A stretch of DNA of 64,000 nt from NCBI GenBank assembly GCA_022813865.1, contig JALDZX010000002.1:124001-188000 (forward strand). Direction: 5' to 3'. The translations under genes were made by a program, and so were the position numbers. Below the pieces are notes generated by a model. It was not told the origin of the DNA, ran no database searches, and worked only from the letters and a program-made list of their open reading frames with translations. The number at the start of each line of letters is the position of its first letter. Within the stretch, counting starts at the first letter, position 1. Source of the stretch: Xylographa opegraphella (lineage: Eukaryota). This document shows positions 10,863 to 21,993 of the stretch, piece after piece.

Positions 10863-13295
10863 GATGCTGGCGGTGTGCTGTAAGTAGCTGTTTGTGGATG
10901 GAGCTTGGCGGACGGTTGGAGGAAGGGTTTGGGTTAGTCAGCGTGCGGGTGGATTCGGGTCCGGGCTGGGAGAGCATTCAGCCGATCCGGGATCGCCCGT
11001 TGTAAAAGTGCTTGCGGATTATTGATGGCACGGATGGGGGTTGATGAGTGGTCGCTTATCGTTGTGGTATGGGGAGTATACAAAATGTTGATAGTTGCTC
11101 TGATTATGGAGATGGATTATTATGTAGTACTTTCAGGTTCATGCCTTATTTTCATCTCTCTAAAGAATCTAATCGAGATTACATCTACGATTCGACTCGC
11201 CTCCGCCACTGCATCTGATACATCTTGTTTTATCTCGCGTTGCCGCCACCACTGAAGCACTCGATCGTTTGGGAAACTGTGTGGGTGGGAAGGCTATCTG
11301 GGGTCAGTCGGGAGAGGGAGGCTACTCTTCGAAGATAGGAAAGCAGAAGGCTTGAAGCACGATGGACGAGTTTTGAGGAATGATAGAACCCTCCAACCCT
11401 CCCTCATCAATTTGCAGCGCCATACAATAGCAAGTCTTTCCAAATTGAAGTTAGATGGATTACATCACTCAGTCAAGGAACCTTTCTTAGCACAACCTAA
11501 TCTTCCATGCTTGACAGGTTCTTGAGTGAAAACAGCCGACCAGTAGCCTAGATCTACACACAGGCACGCACGTGGGAGCCGGCCGCGGAGAAGGCAGATG
11601 TAGAACCGCTTGGAGTCATGCACTTGTGAACAGCTCTCCAGTAGGAGAGAAGGGCATGAACTATGATGGTCCGCGATAGTCTCGCAACGTGGGTCTTTGC
11701 AACCTTCCGTGAGGTAAATACAAAGCAGCCAGCCTCACGCCGATGGCTGGGCATGACGCGCAGACCAGGGGCGGATCTCAAGGAGAGCTCGTGGGAGAAG
11801 AGCCTCGAAGGGCTGGAGTGGCTGGCCGGATAGCTGCTGAATGCCACGCTAGGCGTTGATGTAGAATAAGAAGGAATCATGTCTGTGAAGGGAAACAATA
11901 AATAAACGGAAAGATTATTCACGCTTACGCTGATCGTAAGCCCGTGGCATGGATTCATCCGACTGCGACTCTGCGACTCCGAAGAAGGGCGGTGAAGAGA
12001 CTGGGACCGGACTTACCTGAGCCTGACTAAGGATAAGCTGAATGCCAATAATTTACAATGGAGTTGAGCAACCACGTGCTTCGCTGCTGGCGATGGGACA
12101 GGATGAAACCCATTGCAACTAATACTACGTAGGTGGTATCCATCGTAGTGGCTCGTAGCGAAAACCGAGAAGAAGAAGAAAGAAGAGATACAAAGCAAGC
12201 GAACGATCGGGATCTCCGCTCAGGCCATTGACAGGGTCTAGACCGCCAAAATCAATTGCTGCCATGACCCCGCTAAGCACCGATCTGGACGTGCCTCACA
12301 CGCGCATTCTTTTACCCGGGCGGGAGTGGCTGACCCGAATTGCCTAATGCAGAAACACGACGGAGATATTGTTCTTACCTCAATAAATATCGATGTGACA
12401 CCAGCTCGGAGCCTCGTGCATGTCTCCTGTCGTAGGAGGCAACCATGCTTCTTACCCTTACCTTGATCAACACAGTAATTAAGGTATGTCTCTGGATATT
12501 CCATCTGGGTGGATCGACGAGGGGATAGTTGTGGCATCTCACTGCATTAAGCACTGCCGCACCGTCGTGTTGGTGTCCACTAGCCCCCTCCAGTTAAGGT
12601 ACGGTGTCCCTTCATGCCCGACAAACACGAGGGGGCGGCTAAGCGCGGAGAGAGGAAATGCAGTCTGCAGAGGGCTTGATGCTGTGCCCTGGCCATGGAC
12701 CTGCTCCTTTCTTGGCCGCTTTGTTCGCTGAGGCCAGCCCTGGTGCTTGTTCCATGACAGCAATGCGCATTAATAAGTAAGAATAATAATAATTAAAAAA
12801 CCCAGTAGCAAGGGATGTAAGCAGTGCCGGCAAGCGTGATCTGCGGCTGAGCAAATAGAAGGGGGTGCATGGGACACGCCCGTGCTAACAAAGTGACAAA
12901 CGCCCCTCGAGCCCCCCCTCTTTCAGCCTTTGAGCGCCGTCAGCACGCTTTAGACTTCCTCCCATAGGTCGGCTGTCTCAGCAGCTCTTGTTCCCGTTTC
13001 AGACTCGAATCCTTTCCGCGGCATTCACTGCCTCCACGATGTCGCCGCTGATTGGTGCCTATTCACTCCCCTACTTGTCCCCCAAGGGAAACGTGGTGAC
13101 CAGGCCCTCGGACAAAGCACAAAGCCCAGTCCAGCCGCATATCTTATTACTCATGCCTTTGTCCCTTCGCTATGAAATGCACAATCCCCCGTCTACAATT
13201 CCCTTGTCCAAACCTCTACCTCTTGCCTCATCCCCTCCATCTCTCGCTATCCGTCTCGGCGCTTACACTGATACCATCACTCGCTGGATGAGGAT

Positions 13296-14570
13296 ATGAA
13301 AACACGAGCGACTCCCCACGCTGCCGGGCCCCTCACCCCGATGCTGACCGAACACCCGGAGCCAGCCTCGGGGCGTCAGTCACCAGAACTGGAGACCACG
13401 ATGGAAACAGAGAAAGGCTTCATAGAACAAGAGCCAGCGTCCAGGAGACGACGATTATGGCGGTGGATCGCATACGCTTGTGGTACCTTACTGGCGGTGG
13501 CATTGGGTGAGTGATGAGTCCCGCTCGCGGGTGTTTCCATTGGACCACGGCTGACGATGCATGCAGTCTTAGGTCTCGCTCTTCATTTTACTCTTTCACG
13601 GCGATCTCAGGCACCGCCGGTGACGACGTCCAAATCCCCCGGAAGTGTCGTCGACACGTGGGTGGGGGGCCCCGTCGTCGCCACCAATTTCGCCGACCCA
13701 GCGATGATTGAGGTGGATGGGATATACTATGCTTTTGCAACCAACAAATACGTGAATTCGCATCCGGGCCAAGTCAACATCCAAATTGCCGTTTCCACCG
13801 ATTTTTCGACTTGGAATCTGACGGGCCTCGACGCCTTACCGCACGTGGGGAATTGGTCGACAGGGACCTACGTTTGGGCCCCAGATGTCGTGCGTCTGGA
13901 CGACGGCACTTTTGTAATGTACTACTCAGCACGGCACGCCGTCAAACTCAAACATCACTGCGTGGGAGTGGCGACTTCGAAAAACATAACGGGTCCCTAC
14001 ATCCCACAGGCTCAGCCCGTGGTGTGCCCTTTAAGCGCAGGAGGGGCCATCGACCCTGATGGCTTCCAAGATGCCGACGGGACTCGCTACCTCATCTACA
14101 AAGTGGATGGGAACAGTCTCAACAACATTACGGGGACTCACAATCCGACGCCTCTCATGCTGCAGCAAGTCTCCAACGACGACGGCTTCACGCTGATCGG
14201 CGGCCCCACCCAGCTCTTGGACCGGACCAAGGCCGATGGCCCTCTCGTCGAGGCCCCCAGCCTGATGCGATCTACCTCGGGGAGCTCGCCCGTCTATGTG
14301 CTCTTCTTCAGCAGCAACGTCTTCACCACCTTCCACTACGACGTGTCCTACGCCACCAGCACCACGGGTATCAAGGGGCCATACACCCGATCCGCGCAAC
14401 CGCTCCTCCGCACCGGCGATGACAGCGGCCGGCTCTTCGGCCCTGGTGGCCTCGACGTCGGCCACGGTGGACAAAAAGTTGTTTTTCACTCCGGTTACGA
14501 CGGCGGCTCGATAGTGCGGCAGCTCTGGACCGGCGAGATCGCCGTCGTCAACACGACTGTATACATATAA
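13296..14570 (+). CDS. Glycoside hydrolase family 43 (arabinanase/arabinofuranosidase-like) with N-terminal transmembrane anchor; intron 13507-13566 (or 13572)
   Basis: GH43 motifs NFADP, WAPD, GAIDP, LVEAP, GPG; RRRR followed by a hydrophobic segment spanning the intron. Confidence 0.88.
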
Positions 14571-15579
14571 CGGCATTGGTGCGCTGGTGAAAAAAAGGGA
14601 TGAATTCATGTCGAACTACGAAGCTTCAGGGATGGCGTCGGTCTTAGATTCCCTTCTCGTGAAGGTCGAAATCGTTGGGGCATTGGATGGCGTTGGCTGC
14701 TTTGAGATACCCACATGGCATTCTGCGGCGGTTCAGTGTCTGGGCATCGTATAGCGTGCCTTTGGTCTTGTTGTTTGTTTTTTCCCCCCACCCATTTATT
14801 GGGCACGGATCTTTTCCTTCCAGCGGTTTTTTTGTATACTATGGTTTTGGAAACTTTGTTCTATGGATTACTGGACTTTTGGCCAACATTGGATATTTGT
14901 ACTTGTCCTCCCAACAAAGTTGAATAGGCTTTCTTTTTGACAACAGTGGATCCACTTGCTCCACCTCTCAACATTGTTGAAGAGGCCGTCTTCCACGTGA
15001 ATTTCCAACGCACTTCCACGCACAATGCATTTCCACTTTTCTAGATACGATGCACTTTCGCCGAATATCTCCCCATTTGCACCCCTATCCTCCCTACCTA
15101 CTATATTCCATCCAGTACACACCGCCCCGTGAAAATGATTCGGCTTCCAGCCTAGAACCAGAGCAATTGTTTCATGTGATTGCATAAATGTGACACTTTT
15201 GACAAGTTCAACAAAGCTTGAGGATATCTCCAAAGAGAATCGAGCACCGATTTTATCCCTATGAAATAAATGAATATGAACAGTTACGTATCCCGGCTTC
15301 CGTTGCGGCAATTTTCTACGCACGCCTCCGGCTCGGCAGTCTTAAAGTCAACCGCGGTGTTTGATACAACCTTATCCTACCCCACGACTCATACCCCACA
15401 TTATCTGGCAGAACACGGCATTTCCGCCTCCATCGCTCACTACTCGCCATCCATGGATTCTACTATCTCCCAAGACGAAGTCTTTCCAAAGTAGCAATAA
15501 ACCACAGCCTGGTGACTGACTGTTCACCGAATCCTTCCGGCTTTCCTTACGCAGTCCTGACAGTAGTCCTACTACGACC

Positions 15580-17183
15580 ATGGCATCATCAAACGCAGCT
15601 CACACAAACGGCCATACACATGGCACGTCGCAGGAGGCACACTCCTTTGCCAATGGCTTCAAGCGGAAGATAGACTGGACCTCCTTCGCCAACATCATCA
15701 ACGGCGAGCCCCGTACCGCCAGCAAAACCTACCACGGCATCGACCCGTGTACCCGCGAGCCCCTGTGGGAAGCCCCCGTCTCGACGTCCGAAGACGTCGA
15801 CGACGCCGTCGCCGCCGCCCGCGCCGCCTTCCCCTCCTGGTCCCTCACGCCGGTGGAGATCCGGGCCAAGCTGCTCGTCCACTTCGGCAAGCTCGCCTTC
15901 CACGACAACGGCGAGGCGCTCACGGCCCTGCTGCAGCGCGAGACGGGCAAGCCGGCCTTCGTGGCTGGCATCGAGGTCGCCAACAGCTACAACCACTGCA
16001 CCTTCCATGAGAAGCTGCGCTTGCCCGAGGAGCGGTGGGAGGACGACGACAAGGTCATCGTCACGCGCTACGTGCCCATGGGCGTCGTCGCCGCCATCAT
16101 CCCTTGGAACTTCCCCATCGTGCTGGCCATCGGCAAGATCTGCGCCGGCCTGCTGACGGGCAACTGCGTCATCGTGAAGCCGTCGCCGTTCACGCCCTAC
16201 TCGGCGCTCAAGATGGTCGAGATCGCGCAGGAGACCTTCCCGCCCGGGGTGCTGCAGGTGCTGGGCGGGGACGACCGCCTGGGTCCCTGGCTGGTCGCCC
16301 ATCCGGGCATCCAGAAGATCAATTTCACGGGCAGCATCAACACGGGCAAGAAGATCATGGCGGAGTGCGCGAAGACGCTGAAGCGCGTCACGCTCGAGCT
16401 GGGCGGGAACGACGTCTCCATCGTGTGCGACGACGTGGCCGACGTCGAGGGCACGGCGGCCCAGGTCGCCCTCGGCTGCTTCTACAACACGGGCCAGATG
16501 TGCGTCTGCACCAAACGGGTCTATGTCGCGCAGGCCATCTACGACCGCTTCCTGGCCGCCATGGTGCGCTTCACCAACGGCCTCAAGGTGGGCCGCCCGG
16601 GCGAGGAGGGCGTCATGGTCGGGCCGGTGCAGAACGAGATGCAGTTCGAGCGGGTCAAGGGCTTCTTCCAGGACAGCGTGGCGAACGGGCACACATTCGT
16701 AGCCGGGGGCCAGGAGGCGCGCGGCGAGGCCGAGAGCGGGCAGGGCTACTTCCTCCGCCCCGCGATCGTCGACCGGCCGCCCGTGGACAGCAGGATCGTG
16801 CAGGAAGAGCAGTTCGGTACGTTACTTTTCCCCAACAAGTCTCCCAACCCCCACATTCCACACGACTGACCCCCTCCCTCTCCCGCTCACTAGGCCCCAT
16901 CGTGCCCGTCCTCGCCTTCACCTCCATCGACGCCGCCATCGCGGCCGCCAACGACTCGCCCATGGGCCTTGGCGCCAGCGTGTGGGCCGACGACGTCGCC
17001 GCCGCCGAGGCCGTCGGCCGCCGCCTCGACGTCGGCATGGTCTACGTCAACAGCTTCGAGAAGCCAGACTGCCACGGCTACATGAGCGGCCATAAGATGA
17101 GCGGCATCGGTGGCGATAGCGGCAGCTTGGGTATCAGGGAGATGTGTAATGTGCAGGTGATGCATACATTTAAGGGGCGGTGA
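15580..17183 (+). CDS. Aldehyde dehydrogenase; intron 16817-16893
   Basis: IIPWNFP, KPSPFTP, FTGS, LELGGN (catalytic Glu), GQMC (catalytic Cys), EEQFG|PIVP joined across GTACGT...CTGAC...TAG. Confidence 0.95.
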
Positions 17184-17279
17184 AGCAGGGGGTGTGGGGG
17201 GGTGGTGGAGGGGTTTTCTTATTGCTTCACGGCTTTCGTATACGGAGGTGTTTGTTTGCGTCCTACTTACTCCGTACTT

Positions 17280-17298
17280 ACCATACCATACCATACCT
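17280..17298 (+). repeat. (ACCAT)n microsatellite
   Basis: accataccataccatacc. Confidence 0.8.
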
Positions 17299-17896
17299 CA
17301 GCTCGTCCCCTCCTTTCTACTTCGCATACTCCCCTATCCCAAAAGCCGCGCCTTGCCTTGCCTTACTTCCCAACCCATCCGTTCCCTGGCTCCGCAACTC
17401 GGGCTATCATATCCCCTATATAATCCCGTCGAGCGCGCGCCTGTCCCAGCCATCCATAGCCCCCATGCTCTATGCTCCATGCTCTACCCTCGACGCGTGC
17501 TCGTGCAGCGGAGCGGAGGGCTGAGCAGCGGAGTGGGGGGGCTGAGCGGGAATGAGCAGCTTGGGCTTGGCTGGTCGGTGCTTGGTGTGGATATCTATAG
17601 ATGCGTTGAGAACTAATGACTGGCTGGTATTGTTGGTTATTTGTGGGGGTGATGCGGGAGATGGTGGGAGGTGAGGGGAGGGTGCTGGGGGGTGAGGTTG
17701 GCTTTGCGGGGAGACGGAGTATGGTCGTGGAGAATGGCTGCAGCGGGTGAGGAAGGTGCTTAGAAGTGTGGAGATTCTTGGCGGTGGATTTTCCCATGCC
17801 AATCCCGAGCCCACTAGAGATCTATATACACGACCCCAATGAACTCCCAACAGCACAAATCGCTACCAATCTACACAACCCCCCTAACCCCACGCA

Positions 17897-18413
17897 TCAC
17901 CGCTCCTCCCTCGCCTCCGCCCCCGCCTCCCCCTTCCCACCCTCCCCCTCCACCGGCGGCAAGCCCCACCACTCGCGGTGGAACTTCTCCTGCTCGACCT
18001 TCCGCCTCTCCTTCGCCTCCCGCTCCTCAATCCGCTTGTCCCGACTCGCGAACCACTCCTCCCGCGCCGCGTCCTGCTCCTGCTGCGTCGCGTGCGCGAT
18101 CATGCACCGGTTCATCGACAGCCGCTGCCGGCGGCACGCCCACGTCGCGCTGATGGTGCGGTGGAGGGCGCAGGCGGCGAAGTCTGTGGGAAGCATGGGG
18201 ATGCGTTAGTACTATGTGCGAAAATGGCTACTTCTTGGGATGGAAGAGGGGGGAGGCGGCCTGGGAGGATGTACCTCGGATCTCGTCCGCGCAGTAGCCA
18301 CGCACTCGCTTGTAGTATAGATCGCGGACCTGCTGCTCCTGCCCGGCGGAGAGGGGGAGTGGGTTGCGGGAGGGCAGAGGGAGGGGCGTGCTTTTTGGGG
18401 CGGCCATCATCAT
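17897..18413 (-). CDS. CMC1: COX assembly mitochondrial protein, Cmc1-like twin CX9C; intron 18274-18184
   Basis: RNPLPLSAGQEQQVRDLYYKRVRGYCADEIR|DFAAC...WACRRQRLSMNRCM gives two CX9C motifs. Confidence 0.85.
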
Positions 18414-18721
18414 CGTGACTTGCTGTGTGGCGTTCGCGTGATCATCGTGTAGGGCGCTGTGGCCTTTGAGCGTTGTTGCTTGTGGGGTTTAGCATGTTTG
18501 AGTCGTCATGAGTTGAGGGAGGTGGGTGTGGACCAATGATAGGGAAGGATGGGCTGCGGGTTGGCCGCTAGGGGGGACGGTTTGGCCGCGCTCCGGGCTT
18601 GGGACACAAGCTGATCCTTTATCAGTAACGGATATCCCAATGTAACTAACCTCTCTCTCTTTTTTCTACAGTAAACCACCGAGATTCGGTTTGACTGCGC
18701 AAGGTACTTGACCGTAATGTA

Positions 18722-20044
18722 ATGTCCATCGACATCGACTGGGAGAATCTGACCACAGGACCCGATGGTCTCAATCTCGCGCAATCAATCCGAGACTTCA
18801 TCCACGACAAGTTCCAGCAAGTCGCTCTTCCTCGCTTCATCCGCTCAGTCGAAGTTCATTCTTTCGAATTCGGCAAGGAGTGCCCGGTGGTGGAATTGAA
18901 GGACATCTGCGATCCGCTTCCGGAATTCTACGAAGATGATGAGGATGATGGTGATGAGGAGGAAGAGGACGAGGGTGAGCTGAGTAGAGACAAGGCGGAG
19001 GATGCGAAGCGGCAAGCAATAGAGATTGGTGGCGTGCAAGCAGACGAATCGCTTCGGCAGCGACAGGTGGCATCGAACCGGGAGGATGCACATACAAATC
19101 GCACTTCTACCTTGGGGCCTCCAACTCGTCCTTCTTACATAGATACTCGCCTTCCCACCCTCCGCTCGAATCTCAGTCTAGCCGACCAATTTGCCGGCCC
19201 CCTGCTGTCACGATCCAGCACACCCGGTATACCAGGCGGGACGTCTAATCTAAGCTATTTCCATCTCCCACTGAGTGCCGGCCTATCGGGTACTCAAACT
19301 CCGCTCGCGGCTGTAGCGGGCGGGAACTCCTACGCGGCCGCATGGCAGGACCATCATGCTCCGCCATGGGAGCAGCACCTGCGCAGGGCCCAGTCACCGC
19401 AAAGGCAGCTGCAGCATTACTTCAACCAGGACCACGGCTACGAGGACCCCTCGACGAGACCGTCAACGGCCCACTCACACGCTCATTCGCCTAGCGGCAT
19501 GCACAGAGCGGATTCCATCGACGGCACAGTCGAGGAGCCGTCCCCCCCGCCCGCTCGCCACGAGCCAGATCCGATGGATCTCCAAGTCGTGCTGCGCATC
19601 ACGTACAGCGGGGATGTGCGGCTTTCCCTCACCGCGGAGATCCTCCTCGACTATCCCATGCCAAGCTTTGTGGGCATACCCTTGAAACTCAACATCACCG
19701 GCCTGAGCTTCGACGGCGTGGCGCTGATCGCTTACCTGCGCAAGCGAGCGCACTTCTGCTTCCTGGGGCCGGAAGACGCAGAGGTGTTGGTCGGTGCCGA
19801 GAGTACGGTCCTGACTCTGGAAGAGCACGTCGACGGCCAGGGCGCCTCCAGGACGGACAAGCATGGCGAGAGACTCGGGGGACTGCTTCGCGAGATCAGG
19901 GTCGAGAGCGAGATCGGGCAGAAGGAGAGTGGGAAGCAGGTGCTGAAGAACGTGGGCAAGGTTGAGAAGTTCGTGCTGGAGCAGGTCAGGAGGATCTTCG
20001 AGGAGGAGTTTGTGTATCCTAGTTTCTGGACCTTCTTGGTCTAA
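18722..20044 (+). CDS. MDM12: ERMES complex subunit Mdm12 (SMP domain)
   Basis: MSIDIDW, LPRFIRSV, LDYPMPSFVGIPLKLNITG, VLKNVGKVEKF, VYPSFWTFLV. Confidence 0.95.
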   Translation: MSIDIDWENLTTGPDGLNLAQSIRDFIHDKFQQVALPRFIRSVEVHSFEFGKECPVVELKDICDPLPEFYEDDEDDGDEEEEDEGELSRDKAEDAKRQAIEIGGVQADESLRQRQVASNREDAHTNRTSTLGPPTRPSYIDTRLPTLRSNLSLADQFAGPLLSRSSTPGIPGGTSNLSYFHLPLSAGLSGTQTPLAAVAGGNSYAAAWQDHHAPPWEQHLRRAQSPQRQLQHYFNQDHGYEDPSTRPSTAHSHAHSPSGMHRADSIDGTVEEPSPPPARHEPDPMDLQVVLRITYSGDVRLSLTAEILLDYPMPSFVGIPLKLNITGLSFDGVALIAYLRKRAHFCFLGPEDAEVLVGAESTVLTLEEHVDGQGASRTDKHGERLGGLLREIRVESEIGQKESGKQVLKNVGKVEKFVLEQVRRIFEEEFVYPSFWTFLV

Positions 20045-20958
20045 CACACGAGCTTTGTGTGTTTTTCTTCGGAATACTATCCATTACATCCTCTATCGAT
20101 CTGTGACTTAAACAATCGAGGGTTGGCAAAGCGCACTTTTCAGTAGGCTACATGGCAATATTATCGCTCAAGCACGAAATCCCAAGCCCGCAAGCCACAC
20201 GCCCCCCCACCCCCCCTTTGGCAGGCCGTCGCACCATCTCGGCACTCAAGAAGTAGGTCAACCACCCCCCTTTCCGACCAAGAAACCCTCTGGCCTCTCC
20301 CACCAGCCGCGACATCCTCACCAGCGCGGAGCCGATATGCGCAGCCGCGACCCGCGAACCGAAAATGATTCTTGGGACACCTGTTGCGTGGCATAGGGCA
20401 CCTTAGAGCTCGGTGGCCCCAGGCAATTTCCCGCGGGTTTCTCACGCCACATGGAGGATGGTCTTCGCGGCGCTCCGGGACCGGCACCGGACAAGCTGCG
20501 GGACTGACGTGTCTCGGACTTTTGCTTCCTCGGGTTGAGGGTTCGTGGGAGGCCGTGGTAGGAGTTCGGAACGCTGGGTCGTATGTCTCGAGATATGCTT
20601 GCTTCGCAGATGGGGTGCGATTTGCTGGTGCGGATCTTCCCTGTGTGTAAGATGGCACTGTAGGAATTTTTCACGCGTGGCTTGAAAGGGGGGGGCTGGA
20701 CTCGTGAGACGCAAGTGTAATTGTTTTGGGTGTTTGGAGTGGGTGCAGAGTATACGGACAATGGGTTGCGACTATGTGATGGACGCGCTATGGTGGTGAT
20801 ATGCAGTGTGCTGACTTGCGACGAGACTCACGCCTTGGATGAGTATATCATACATGAAGACCGGCTGCAGTCTAGGTTGCGCGATGTATTGGTCTCCCAC
20901 GTTACCAACACCATCCTCTTCCCCAGTACAGACTTGATGTAGTCCATAGCGGACTGTG

Positions 20959-21993
20959 TCAATTCTCTGGATCCCCGTCCTCATCAGCTTCCTCCTCCTC
21001 ACTCACTTCCTCGCCATTTTCCAGTGCTTTCTCCCTCCTCCTTTTCGCTCGATCCCGTTTCTTATCCAACAGCTTCTTCAGATTTTTCGCACCATTGAAC
21101 ACGCCTCCCGTCCCGGCTCCGCACGCCGCACACGCCGGTGTTTTCCTATACCTCTGCAGCGCACAAGCCTCGCAAAAGTAGTGTCCGCATTTCGTGACGA
21201 TTGGGTTCGTGTATGGCTTCTTGCAGATGATACAAGCAAAGGGTATACCCTCAAGGATCGCGTCATCGTCCTCGGATCCATCCTCGTCCCCGGTCTTGGT
21301 CCGGCTCGACATGGTCTTGCCAGCTATTTTCTTACCTTTGGTGACGGTCTCCCAGTCTCGGTCTAGCTGCCAGCCTTGCTTGTAGTCCTCTCTGGCATGG
21401 AGAAATTTGCAGCTGTCACCGAAGCCACAAAAGCCGGTCTGCTTGTAGTCTTTGCAGACATCAGGCGCGAAATCGGTAACTGTGATTGTTCGTATATTGG
21501 TAGGAGCTTTGATAGGCCCGACCTGTTTCGAAGGTGCGTTTGGGTTTTTGTGTATGAAGCTTTGGTAGTTGGAGGACCCCTTATAGGTTCCATCCGCTTG
21601 CTCATCGGTTGCTGGTCTTGGACGTGTGCTCCCAAGCAGGCTTTGTGTACTCATCGCACCGTCCTTGCTATCATCGAACCAGTTGGACTGCTTCGTAGCA
21701 TCATTTGTAGAGTCAATCCGTGCCGAGCGATCTGCAGCATATTTTGGGGCTTCAAGGTCAACTCGAGACCCTTTCGTTGTTACTTCCGAGCTTGCCGTGA
21801 CACCGACAATCTTTCGCCGCCGTTTGATCCGATGCCCTTCGCCGTCATCGGAGGACGAATAGTCGGAAGAGTCTGAGGAGGCCGGTGGGGGTGTTGCTGC
21901 ACGTTTACGCATGTTGGACTTTTTCGGCGCACGTTTTTTGAATAATACATGTGCAGCCTCGTCCTGCGGCTGCTGGGCTTCGACGACCTCCAT
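20959..21993 (-). CDS. CWC24: Pre-mRNA splicing factor Cwc24 (CCCH and RING zinc fingers)
   Basis: PDVCKDYKQTGFCGFGDSCKFLH; IPFACIICK...TKCGHYFCEAC...CAAC; first ATG at 21993. Confidence 0.96.
   Translation of the reverse strand: MEVVEAQQPQDEAAHVLFKKRAPKKSNMRKRAATPPPASSDSSDYSSSDDGEGHRIKRRRKIVGVTASSEVTTKGSRVDLEAPKYAADRSARIDSTNDATKQSNWFDDSKDGAMSTQSLLGSTRPRPATDEQADGTYKGSSNYQSFIHKNPNAPSKQVGPIKAPTNIRTITVTDFAPDVCKDYKQTGFCGFGDSCKFLHAREDYKQGWQLDRDWETVTKGKKIAGKTMSSRTKTGDEDGSEDDDAILEGIPFACIICKKPYTNPIVTKCGHYFCEACALQRYRKTPACAACGAGTGGVFNGAKNLKKLLDKKRDRAKRRREKALENGEEVSEEEEADEDGDPEN

Noticed and set aside
12011..12019. ACTTACCTG resembling the U1 snRNA 5' end
   Set aside because: No U1 stem-loops or Sm site follow; better read as a minus-strand splice donor
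15589..16692. Long antisense and alternative-frame ORFs over ALDH (also over GH43 and the PLP enzyme)
   Set aside because: Shadow ORFs expected from high GC3; no recognisable motifs
15580..17183. Bacterial horizontal transfer of the very GC-rich ALDH
   Set aside because: It has a spliceosomal intron, and the same GC elevation affects native genes (PRP8 3' end, PRP38, COX4)
17881..17890. CCCTAACCC as telomerase template or telomeric repeat
   Set aside because: Single short match within a C-rich tract next to the CMC1 stop
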